From Hydrolagus affinis (Eukaryota): a DNA stretch of 64,000 bases. Positions within the stretch are counted from its first letter, which is position 1; every line of letters begins with the position of its first letter. A program made the translations under genes and the position numbers. Shown here one piece after another: positions 25,301 to 37,100 of this stretch. The notes under the pieces were generated by a model. The model had not been told where the DNA came from, did not search any database, and saw nothing but the letters and a program-made list of their open reading frames with translations. The DNA lies in contig JAAILG010001340.1 of assembly GCA_012026655.1 (NCBI GenBank), positions 1-64,000 on the forward strand, read 5' to 3'.

Positions 25301-27496
25301 TAAGAGGACAGTGACAAAGCAGTTTACTGACAAGAAAGTTTGTCAGTGATTGTTCAGTTCAAATAGATTCCAGTGTTACTGGAGAGACATCACACAGATA
25401 AAACCCAAAAATCAATGGCACTTCAACATGCAGCAAGTCAGAGCCTAAATAAGCAGGCAGCGAGCACAACTCTATCCAGCAGCAGGTCTGTGAAATTCCC
25501 AATTCTACATCTGTATGGCAAAGGAAAATTTAATCTTCCCAAATACTCATCAGTGCATTCCATCCTCTGACTTGACAGCTACACTTATAATTAATTATAC
25601 AATTTAGATGGGAATATCGACTAAACAAACCTATAAATCATAGAAAAAGTCAATAGGCATGGACACATTCAATCATGTCCAAACCAATGATTACTGCTCT
25701 CAAAATACAATAATTATTTTCAAGAGCTGACTTGAATTAAATTTCTGTCAACCTGGTACAAGACTAGTGGTTGATGAAGGATGCAATAGATTTTTTTTTG
25801 GAGTGGGGGAGGGAATTTGGTATAAGAACATTCATCCTGAAGAAGGGCAGTTTGTTTTTAGTGATCACACCGCTCTGTGTATAACTAGACCATGAAGATT
25901 AGATTATCTCAAATGGCTCATTAAATCATTTATCTTTCTCATGAAGTTGATCTGGCGAAGTCGCACACCTTCTTGCATTGCAATGAATTCAAATATAATG
26001 AATTCTACTGCAACACAGGGAATGTTAAAACACGAAGCGTTGGGTTTACAGGCCGGAAAACAGGCAGCCTGCGGAATGCATTGACTCAATGTCAAAGTCT
26101 TTAGAAAATATTTGACTTCAGGGCAGAGACGCCATCTTAAACAAACACAAAAATAGGATATTAGTCAATTTTTTGGTTTATATCAGATCAGGCAAAATCA
26201 TAAAGTTATACAGTACTCCCACTTGCACAACAACATCAAACACTAAGCATGAGGTTGACAAAGGGCTCCTCAGGAAAACTAGAGATTTAGTGCTATTTTG
26301 GGATGTAAATTATATCTCCAGCAGAGAATTTCATGTACACCACACCGACAAGCAAGACCATACGCCAAGGTTACCCTGGATCAGGCTAAGGTTCCATAAG
26401 GCATTGTGACACACGTGGGGATCCCTGAAGTAGTTAAGAGTTCATCCCATAGGTTGTTTTTCTCCAATGTCAATGTCTCAGAAATGGTACTACTTTTCTG
26501 AGAATGGCACTTTCAACTCCACTATACGATCAAGAAAACGTCATTTACCCATCTAATTTTCTTATCCCAAGCTTGATTTGGCCATAAAATATTTTAAAAC
26601 TCTTATTAGGAAACTATGATTTATAAATATTTTGAAAACAAGATAGAATATGAGTGTATTCATTTCAAGCATATAATCTATAGCTTTTCAGCGTACTTAC
26701 AAACTAAGCAAAGAAATTCATCTGAATAATTGGGGAGCACAAAACATTAAATACTCCTCAATGCAATTAAATGAAGTGAAAAAGTGAAAAGTGAAAAAGT
26801 TGACATGGTATTATGTTTAAAGATAATCGCTCCTTGAAACAATGCTTTATTCTTGGAATGTCTTAAGTGCATCTTTCTCACTTATGGAATAATTGGCTGT
26901 TTTGAGCCTCCCTGATGTAATCATTGCAGAAAATTTCTTACTATGCTGATTCAAAGATAGAACAAGAGGAGACACTCATGCACTTTAACCTCATTTATAC
27001 AACAGTGCAATCTATGTTTACTCTCAATTTGGAAATGTTTCACATTATAACCTTTGGTGAAAATTCTCTAGACTTATTTACTCAGATATTTGTTCAGATA
27101 AAAACTCCCACCTCCTGATGCAGCTTTAAAGTCGGTTGGGATTCATTGTGATTAAATTCAGAGTGGTGTAAACAGTCAGCTTTGAATCCCTGCTCACTTG
27201 CTGCTCCTGAGGGAAACCTCAGTGCATGAGTTAGGGGTTGATGTTTGATATCATCTGGCATGTGAATTATGTCAGGGCAGAGGTGAGTGTAAGTGCTGAG
27301 ATATCACTTCAGTTTGGATCAACTCTGATTTGATATGAATGTGACCGCCCATGGTAAAAGAGTCTTTAGACCATTTGACCATTCTCCATCCCACAGAAGC
27401 TTTATATCGCAGTCATCTACTAACGTCCCCAAAGTCACTTTTCTAGTATATGCTAGCTCTTCACTAATATAATGTGCGTGACTTAGATCTATAATA

Positions 27497-28985
27497 CAAC
27501 AACAAAATTACACTTGTACAGCACCTTTCGCGTTGGGAGGATGAGTGAGGCAGAGGGATTGAGGGATGGAATTCCAAAGGTTGGGGGCAGAGTAGCTGAA
27601 GGCTTGCCCACCGATGGTGGGGTGGGTGGGTCGGGGGACATGGAGCAGGCCAGAGCCCTCTAAGCGGAGGGAGTGGTTAAGAGGTCGCAGAGGTAAGGTG
27701 GGGCAAGGCCATGGAGGGCTTTAAAGGTGAGGACCAGGATTTTGAATTGAATCCTCTTAGTGATGGGAAGCCAGTGGGGTTGGGTGAGGATGGGGATGAT
27801 ACGGTCGCAGAGCTTGGTATGGGAGAGGACACGGGGTACAGAGTTATGGTTGATCTGAGATGCTGTCCGGCGTGGAGGGCGCTATATAAATCGAAGTTGT
27901 TGTTGTTGTTGATCTGCAGCCTATGGAGGGAAGAATTGGGGAGACTGACAAGCAGAGCATTGGCATAATTGAGCCCGGATGTGATGAAAGCATGGATGAG
28001 AGTTTCAGCAGCCTGAGGGGTGAGGTAGTGGCAGAGTCAGGTAATGTTGTAGAGATGAGAGAAGGCAGAGTGGGTCATGGCATGGATGTGGGGGAGAAAA
28101 GACAGTTGAGGATTAAACAAGACACCTCGGTGCCTGACTGGCTTCGTGAGGTGGAGTGTGCATCCATGGAAGTTGATGCTGCTAATGCCTGAGGTGCGGA
28201 CGTGCTGGCGTGAGCCAATCAGGAGGCCCTCAGTCTTGTTGACATTCAACTATAGAAAGTTGGCTGTCATTCAGGACTTGATGTCTGAGAGGCAGTCTGT
28301 CAGGGCAGCAGTGGTCCTGAAATCAAGAGTGGAGGCAGAAAGATAGTGTTGGGGGTCATCTGCATACATATGGAAGTTGAACTCATGTCTGTGGATGATG
28401 TCACCAAGGAGGTGCATATAGATGTTAAAAAGGAGAGGGCCAAGGATAGAGTCCTGGGGGATGCCACACGTGACAATGCAGGGGTTGGAGAAGTCATTAG
28501 TGGTGACAAAGTGGAGATGGTGGGAGAGATAAGATTCAAACCGCGAAGAATGAGCTGAGAGGACAGGCGGTGTAGGAGGACGGAGTGGTCGACAGTGTTG
28601 AAAGCGGCCGAGAGGTCGAGGTGGACCAAGAGGCAGAAAGAGCCCTGATCGCAGATGTTTAGAATGTCATTAGAGACTTTGACCAGGACTGTTTACGAAA
28701 TGTGGGCAGCTGGATTGGATGGGTTCAAAGAGGGAATTGCGAGAAAGATGTATGAAGCGGTTTGGGAGGCAAGGAGGGCAAGTGAATCAAAGATGGAGAT
28801 GGAGTTGTGAAAAAAAGAGTGCAAAGTGGGTAGATGAGTCTGAGTCTCTTCAGAGAGGCAGAAGTTCAGATGACTCCAGGGCAGCGGAAAGGGAGAGGGA
28901 GATTTCTTTCCAGGTGATAGTGGAGGACCAAGTAGGGGGAAGGAGTACGGAGGTGTTAAGGGAGATGAAGTGGTGGTCTGAAAAC
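27497..28985 (-). mobile_element. Degenerate L2 LINE with reverse-transcriptase remnants
   Basis: - strand frames give LDLSAAFNTVDHSVLLHRL, PQDSILGPLLFNIYMHLLGDIIHRHEFNFHMYADDPQHY (YADD catalytic motif) and NVNKTEGLLIGS. Frameshifted and internally deleted. L2 tail at 27497-27540. Confidence 0.9.
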
Positions 28986-29224
28986 CCAGACTTTACAAAT
29001 ATGCGTTTTATATGACTCCCAATTGTAGGGGGAATAGTTTAGCCTTATGTCACTGCGGAAGTTAAAAAAGAAAGTAATAGCATTACATAGCAGAAAATGT
29101 AACTTATTTAAAAAATTATTTGGGGCCAATTGAACTTATACATATGCTTTGGCCCATTTGATCTCATCAACCCCAAATAATAGCCATACCTACTTTCAAT
29201 GACACTATCAAGATTTATAAATAT

Positions 29225-29500
29225 ACAGCGAGGAAACAGGCAATTCACCAAATCGGTCCATTCCGGTATTTATACTCAACATGAGTCTCTACCTATTCCT
29301 CTTTACTCCCTCCAATACCCTTCCCCTTGAATGGATCTATACAATTTGATTCAACCACTACTCCAGGCAGTGACTTCCACAAACTCACTGCCCTCATGCG
29401 TGAAGTAATTCCTTCTAAATTCCCTTTTTGATTCCTAGTCACTATCCTATATTTGTGACCCCAGGTTATGAACTTCACAACCAATGGAAACAGCCTACTT
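29225..29500 (-). mobile_element. CR1 LINE 3' fragment
   Basis: - strand translation GHKYRIVTRNQKGNLEGITSRMRAVSLWKSLPGVVVES is a CR1 ORF2 C-terminal pattern. Confidence 0.7.
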
Positions 29501-32500
29501 TATGTTAAACAGATGATTCTTGAATAAGTCTTGGCTACTGACTTTAGCCTTCCAAGTAACTTGTTGGCTATTGATTATCCTCTGTATAAATAAATATTTC
29601 CTGGTGGCTACTCTAAAATTACCCTTCAATCCAGAGCCTGTAAACTCTTGTCATATCTGAAAGTTGGGTTGACCAATTGTAGCACTACAAATGCCATATC
29701 AACTGAGATCAACTAACTCAGCCCAGCCCTGCAAGCAACATGTGTACTAACTAGTCGGTATGACATATTGCTACCCAGTGCAGTGCCACTACCCTTCAGA
29801 TATCAAACAACAAAATATATTTCTAATTTGTGTAAAGTGACGAGGGACAATAATTGGACAAGAGGGAGCTGAGTTAAAAACAGTTAAGACAATAAAAAAA
29901 AAGCCACCTACAAGAGCAACTCCTTAACAAGGTAGGTTATTTCAGGGGTAGGTAAGGCCAAGCACTGATTGCTAGATAATATTTTAAGAGTTTCTCTATA
30001 GAGCTCCTACTGAATCCATTTACCGAGCTAAAATATTCAGCACACCAGTTATGCGATCAATAAACTTCCACTTGGCTATGTCACAAAGCCTGAACTCTAC
30101 ATTCCCCAACATGTCCTTTTCACCCAGGGGAGCTCTGCCTACCAGTAAATAACCAGTAATTTTCAAATTGAACAAATAAGAAAAACAGCATTCGTTGAGA
30201 AATACAAGTGAAATGGAATTGATGTCCATTACATAACCTGAGAGGTTAGATAATTAACAAAAAAGCATTCCCGCTTTGCTCTTATGCTTTCCTATGTCAC
30301 CTAAGCTTCTCATTTTTATTAAGGCCTTGCAATTCCCTGCTAATTTCTCATTGCTCTGTTCACATTGCTTAATTCACAAGCCTGGGCTAAAGGGCAAAGT
30401 CCTAATTTTGAACAATTTTGTTGGAATATTTTACACAATTGCTGGCTTTGTTTCTACCACCCCCCTCCCCCCCCACCCACCGTGAATATCGATCCAACCA
30501 CATTAAACATTCCTTCATAGCCATGGGAGAAAGTGGATTCAGCCTCATAGCACTGGGATTCATGCAGCTGAAAGTAACTTGAATGTGCTCTATTTCACGG
30601 TGTGAACATTTTTAATTATGAGATGCATCAGTCCAAGCAATTTATTCCAAGCAATTGGAGAAGGAAGTGAGTATTAATATGTGGTAAAAGACTACATTGC
30701 TGGAGTAAACTAAGCAGTTACACCTCAATAATTACAATACAATTGCATTTTAAACTCTAACAGTCAAAAGTAATGTTGCCATTTGATTCAGACTGGAATA
30801 GGGTAAATTAAAGCACTCAACTATTCCATCATAAAACACACCAGCATTTTCATTCAAACTAACTTTGATTATGTTTGATTAAGACGAGTTCTTTTCAAGG
30901 GAGACAACTTGTAAATGCAAGTAAATACAGCTTTACTCTGCCTTAACACCCCCATTTTTTCTGTTTCAGAACTGGTTATCGGGAGGCACATCATATCCAT
31001 TACACCACTGTCTGTATAGAGTGAATCCTGGATGTGGCATGGCCAAAACCTCTGGAACTCAAATGGAAAGCTGATCACTGTTCCAACTTCTGAACTGTAT
31101 TCTGGAGTGAGTCGGGACTCATTCAGGATTTCCCCGATTCAAATCCTTTTATAAATCTCAGAATATATTCTCTGCCATACTAAATTTAAAAAGTGCACTT
31201 TCTTACTACTGTATTGCCAAATAAGGCTAAAAGATGCGTTGCTGGTCAGAAATACTTTTCCCTTGGAGAGGTTGGATGTGTGAAACTAGTTCAACTTCTT
31301 TTGGTCTTACCATCTGGTTAATAAACTTCCAACATGAGAAAATCAGCTTGTATCTGGTATTCAGTATGTTCACCATTGACCTTGTAAGATATCTCCAAAA
31401 AGGCACAGGACGTCATAGAACCATGTCCAGTTTAGTAGCAGTGATTTAGTGTTTAGAATAAAACTAATCAAGGGTAAATCAAGGGTAAATTCAATGTCTC
31501 AAAGTGAATTCAAAATCACAAGATAAATAAATCTTCCAAGAAGCACTCCTGTAAGTACATAACAGTAAACCCCTGGTATAATGTGCTTCATTATTTGTAT
31601 ACCCTTGGCACGCTTTTAGCATATTTGGGATGTGGTCCCCTATATTTAATTACCAATATATATTTAAATGCGCACGGAAATTTGTCCGGTTCACTTGAAA
31701 CTGTCGGTTGCCTTGTGTGCTTAAAAAACCTCTGATTTTCAGGTCATCAGATCACTAATAACATCATTTCCTGCATGTGAAGTTTACTCAGTGAACTGCT
31801 GACCAGTAATCATGACCCCTTGCAACTCTGGTTGGAACTACTTTGTTTGTACTTACCATTTTTAAATTGCTTGGCAGCATTCAAAATAAACACTATTAAA
31901 CCTTATGAATTGGAGCCTCTAATGTGGTCAAGGTCAGGGAATGATGAATGATTTATTTTATTTTTTGAATCTGCTGGGAGCCACAGAAATAGTCATACTG
32001 ACATTCAAACCAAACTACTGAAACTTTCCAAAAAGTATTAGGTGCAGGCTGGTTAAAGCCAAAATTTGGGGATGCCAGAATATACGTTAGGGAACATACA
32101 ATGTGGGATATAAATCATAAGTTCTGTTTATACAATGGTCACAGCACATAGTGTGAGATGTCTCAACAATGTTACAAGGCTCCATATTAATTGCAAGGCT
32201 TAATATTTTTATGGTTATTTTCACTTTCCCTTTATATGTGGTTGAAAAATTCATCCACAATAAATTATTTTTAAATAATGCCTTTACAGACCAGAGGCAG
32301 AGAGAAAAGAGGTTACTCATGAAACAAAGATGGGATTCAGCAATAAATGTATCTCTTGTTTAGCGTTTGTGCTGAATTATCAACACACACAACAACAAAC
32401 AGCACATTAATAAGTCACCACTGGGTTGATGTTTTGGATAAGACAGGGTACAGTCAAGAATAGTGTAGTTCATTGTTTTACTGCTTACAAGTTTTCAAAC

Positions 32501-32568
32501 CTAATAATGATCATTTGTAAACCAACTTTGCTGTAACATGCTCTACACGTGGCAAATGAAAGACTCAC

Positions 32569-32643
32569 CTCCACGCCATTGTTCTGTCGGAAAATATCTT
32601 GGTTAAAATAATCAAAAAGCTTCTTTTCTAGTTGAAGCATCAC
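32569..32643 (-). CDS. INPP5A: INPP5A exon: VMLQLEKKLFDYFNQDIFRQNNGVE
   Basis: tttacttaag|GTG...GAG|gtgagt, 75 nt, phase 0/0. Close to the human VMLQLEKKLFDYFNQEVFRDNNGTA (recalled). Confidence 0.95.
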
Positions 32644-32741
32644 CTTAAGTAAAGATAAAAGTCAATCAGAAATCAATTTCCACTTTATAGGTATGAAGAC
32701 ATACCACAAATGCATTTCATGTTTACAGAACACAGTCATAC

Positions 32742-32837
32742 CTTTCGATCGTTATTTGATTCACGGAAAATTAACTTGTTTACTTGATTTGTTTCTGGTA
32801 ATCGAATAGTTTCTATTTTTGCTGAAGGACAGAGTGC
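32742..32837 (-). CDS. INPP5A: INPP5A exon: ALCPSAKIETIRLPETNQVNKLIFRESNNDRK
   Basis: gtctttctag|GCA...AAG|gtatga, 96 nt, phase 0/0. A 98-nt intron separates it from the next exon. The KLIFRESxNDRK motif is conserved. Confidence 0.93.
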
Positions 32838-33661
32838 CTAGAAAGACAAAAAAGACATGCTTTAGTTAAGGAGGCTGCAGTACATTAAATAGACTTCCTA
32901 GTACATTTTCAACGTTTGGTATGAACCAACGTAAGGAAATAAACCATTTTATTAAGCATGTGAATAAAGTTCATTCACTCTTTTTTCAATGCAATGTCGA
33001 TTGCTTTTTGAAACACATTAAGCAAAAACCTCAATCATGATTGCAATCATGATGTTTCAGATGAATTAAAATCATTCATTTAAAGATCTGATTTATTCAG
33101 TATAAATAATCCTTTCCATTGAAACAATCAGTCAGAATGCAAAAGATTTATGTTTAAAAATATGATAACATTTCGCACCAGTTTCAAGAGCTTGAAAAAG
33201 TAAGTATTTTGAGCAACTTTCGCACTTAGTAAAAACAGGAATAGGCACTTTAACTGTACTGATTGTGAACATTTGGCACTCTGAGGTCAGGTAAAGGCAA
33301 TCTAAAAAAGGATCATCTGCTACTGCATTAGTATAGTGTTTTTGTTTCCCAAATGATCTATATGATCATTGTTATCAGTGATTCTGCCTAATTAATCAAT
33401 CACTATTTTATAAAGAAAAACACAGCTGTGGTCATACATTGTCAGCCACACATTTTACTAAGATAACAAATTGTGAACTCTTGTAAGGTCCTTGATCGAC
33501 AAAGAAAGCGAGGAGAGCAACCAAATACCTCCTGGAATTAACGTTTATAATCTCAATGGTTACTTTTGCCAACAGTTTAATCAACTGGATGATAAGATTA
33601 AACTATTCTCATTCTCCTCGCAAGTGACAACTGAAATTCTAAAAGTAATAAGTCATAATGT

Positions 33662-33972
33662 GGAGTCTTGTAGCTCAGTGGTTAGAGCATTCGCCTTACA
33701 AGCAAGAGACTTGGATTTGATTCTAGGCAGAGCGAAACCTTGAGCAAGTTTCCTTACTCCACATGCCTGATAATAATCCCTCAAAAAACCCAATTATAAA
33801 TTGGTTATTTAAATTTATCTACGACTGTTTGTGGGACACTGCTGTGCGCAATTGGCTGCCGCGTTTTGCCCACAAACATGCAGTCAATTGACTTTACAGT
33901 ATAATCCTGTGAAGCTCTTTTCTAGAAGATGTGAAAAGCACTATAACAGATGCGAGGGTTATTATTATTATT
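33662..33972 (+). mobile_element. Full-length tRNA-derived SINE, short form
   Basis: A box tagctcagtgg, cgaaaccttgagcaagtttccttactccac, conserved body and (ATT)n tail. Homologous to copies at 44070 and 45412. Confidence 0.9.
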
Positions 33973-34020
33973 CATATACATTATCTAAAATTCTGTATTT
34001 ATTTGCTAAGATATACTGTA

Positions 34021-34120
34021 CAGGGTGACCAAAAAGTCCTGATATCATTACAATGCCTAACGAGTCTTAAATTTTTTTTTAGATAGTAGGGTAAGTATCA
34101 CAACTTTTTTGGTGCCCCTG
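34021..34120. mobile_element. 100-bp Tc1/mariner-type MITE
   Basis: TA|cagggtgaccaaaaagtcctgata...tatcacaacttttttggtgcccctg|TA, with imperfect ~24-bp TIRs and TA flanks. Confidence 0.75.
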
Positions 34121-37100
34121 TACCTCTGGACTCCTGCTGGACTGTGTCTATTGTCGGCTTGTACTACCTACAGTTTGATTCAAGTGGGTATAAATTGAAA
34201 GGATCTGGCAGTCCTGGTGGAGTTAGTGTGTGTATGTTGTAAAGGTTGTGCATCCTTCTCTGGCTACCATAGCAACTTTGCTGGGCTCTATGCCGGGCTT
34301 CTGGGCGACTGAGGCAATCTGGTTTGTTGCTTCTGCTCTGGAAACAACAATAAACTGAGAACAGTAGCACTGTACTGATCATCCTTTCTACGAGAATACA
34401 ATGGAACATACACCCCGTGACTTGTGTTACTCTGCAGTTTAGTGTACTTTAATGTCTCTTAATCATAAAAAATAAATAATCTTTTTAAAAAAAACTATCC
34501 GTTAACCGTGAAAGAATGTACATATTAAACACTACCTGCTTTCTCAACTGTTTTCTGCAATCGAGTGTTAATTATGAGGGATAATGTTGCAAATAGGGCG
34601 ATTTTTAAAGTTGTTTGATTCACTCTGAATGAACATACGAGGCTATGTGAATTGCACAGAGTTTTGGGTGATCTTTATATACACATTATTGTTGTCAATT
34701 GCGGCTACCTCCTGACCAAACAATGGGAATGAGAAACAAACATTTTTCCCTTCACCTACAGTGCTGCCAGGCAACTCCTTCATTGCACTGTCAAGTTGAT
34801 AAACCACAACATATAAACAAAATCAAAAACAGCACCAAGTGTGTCCTGAAGCAATTAAAATACATCAATATCAGATCAATGTTGTGTAATATTTCTCAAA
34901 ATTGTAGTATTTTAAATTGATTCTCAGCTTATGTCAGCCACACACCACTGAACACTTCAACTAAATAATTCCCCCTTTTTTTCTTCCCCTTTTGATCAGC
35001 ACAACATTTTACCATCTGTGTTTGAAAACAGTTTTGAATGGCATAATCCACCGAAGAGCTGGTTCCCATACTGAACACTTCTGGCTCAACGTTTAAATTC
35101 AAAGCACAGATTAGTTAATCACATCAAACCAAAGAGCCCTTTAGACTCCTATGTCACAAATCAGCCTGGTTGCCGTTAAATGCTGCACCACATCAGAACA
35201 AGTACGGGAACAAACCGAAGCAGAACCTGCTAGCTTTCTAAATCCCTAACAAATCGGTCCATCTTTCAGTCATTTAAACTTTCCAATCAAGGGTCAATAT
35301 GGACCAAGCATCCAAATGCTAATGCGCTTAAGTGCGCCTAAGCTGCTTTCTCCTAAGTGAATGGGTAAAAAGGACTGGAAAGGATAGGGCAGAGTCACCG
35401 TCTAAAGTCATTGTACCAACCCCAGAGTGGGCACTGTTCAATAGTCATGATTTTAAAGCATGTACAGAGAACCTAGACTGCCCCAGTAACAAACTGATTT
35501 AACGCTTCACTGATTAACAAAAATCTCAGATAAATGAGCTATACCTCTCACGCCTTCCAAGATAAATAAATCCTACAATAATCTCACAGTAGCTCCATGT
35601 CCATTTAAAAAAAAATCCTTTTTATCATCTGCATAAAGTACTTGAAAATACCATATAGCAGAAATCAGGTCCGCATAAGATTTTAGTATCCGTTTCCAAT
35701 TTCTTTATCACAATTGGGTTTCGTCTCTGTCTCATTACATTTATTGAAAATATGTCAAGTGCATTTCATTGCTTCTCTATTTAAAATATACTGGAGCAAA
35801 GGGACTCCATTGAAGTATCTTCTGATACATAAAAATGAACATCTGAAAAAAAATTACATTTTGTGTTTTTGTCCAATATATGAATACTATATTGATTTAT
35901 GCTATCAGTACATTTCAAGTACAAGAGTTATATTTATATAGAATCAATTTAATTTAAAACATCTTCTCTTTCATAAATCATGCAGTGCAATACTACTGCT
36001 GCAATGAAAATAGACGCAGTATTTGTTAGCAGGACCACAAAACATAAATCATCTTAAAGTAAGTATACTTGAATTCTCCCTGCAGAAATATCTTTCTTCT
36101 TTATTTATATTCAATCTTTAGGGTGTATGACTGCGAATGTCAACGGAATTAACTTAACCAGAAATATGTGCGGTGTATTTGGTCACGCTGACTTCATTTA
36201 TTTCTAGAATATGTTTAATCAGGGAATCGAGAACATTCAAGGAGGCATTGAAATGCAGAGAGCTTGAAGAGTGACCACTTGAAAACTTAAAACCCCACAT
36301 GTGATCAAAGGCAAGTGGCTGGCTTCACAATCACCAGCATATCTCTAGGCATTCACGGAAATGTTGTTTAGATGCTGTAGTCTAGGTTTAAGAAAAATTA
36401 GTCGATTCCCATTTAAACAAGCAATTAACTACTAAACCTCTGATACACCCCCCACGCCCTCTCAACCCCTCCCACCCACCCAAACCCCACTCCCACCCAC
36501 CCACTCATACACACACGAGCTGCAGTAATTTCAATGAATAAATAATTTTGTAAAGTTGACGTATTAATACTGGGCTGTTATTTGTGGAGCTGAACATCTG
36601 GAACACATCCCCGATAAGTACTCTCCACCTGTTGAATTGCAATTCCTTTTCAATATTTAAAAAGGTGCCATTAAATTCATTTGTCAATCCTGTGTGGCTG
36701 AGGACCACAAATCTCCAATGTACATCTTGTGTTAAGCTCTGACAGCAGTATTCTGTTTCTCCACAGGAAGACATTTGTGTGTTCTTTTGTTCAATGTGAT
36801 ATCCACTTTTTAACTCATCTGCCATCCAATTCCCTGCCCAGAAGGACAAATTGCTCACTGTGATTCCTTTCAGAGCGAGCACAGCAAGCAGAAAATTGTG
36901 ACTGGGCAGAAACACAAGAAACAGCAGCATAAAAATTCATCACTTTGGCCTGCTGACCTCTCACCACTAGCTTGACACACCCTGTCTCGGTTAGTAGCAT
37001 CAAGGGAGAAATGTGCGGCCTGGGTGAGTAGAATTACTGACAAAAAAAACTTCGAAACAGGAAAAGCCCACCAGATGCTTCATTGTTTTGTATTCTTTCT

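Noticed and set aside
27711-29015. Cluster of overlapping ORFs as a functional reverse transcriptase gene
   Set aside because: It is a frameshifted, deleted and interrupted L2 relic. The + strand ORFs are its antisense frames.
36505-36930. Longest unexplained ORF (141 aa) as a novel gene
   Set aside because: No recognisable domain, composition typical of non-coding DNA, and no evident promoter or splice context.
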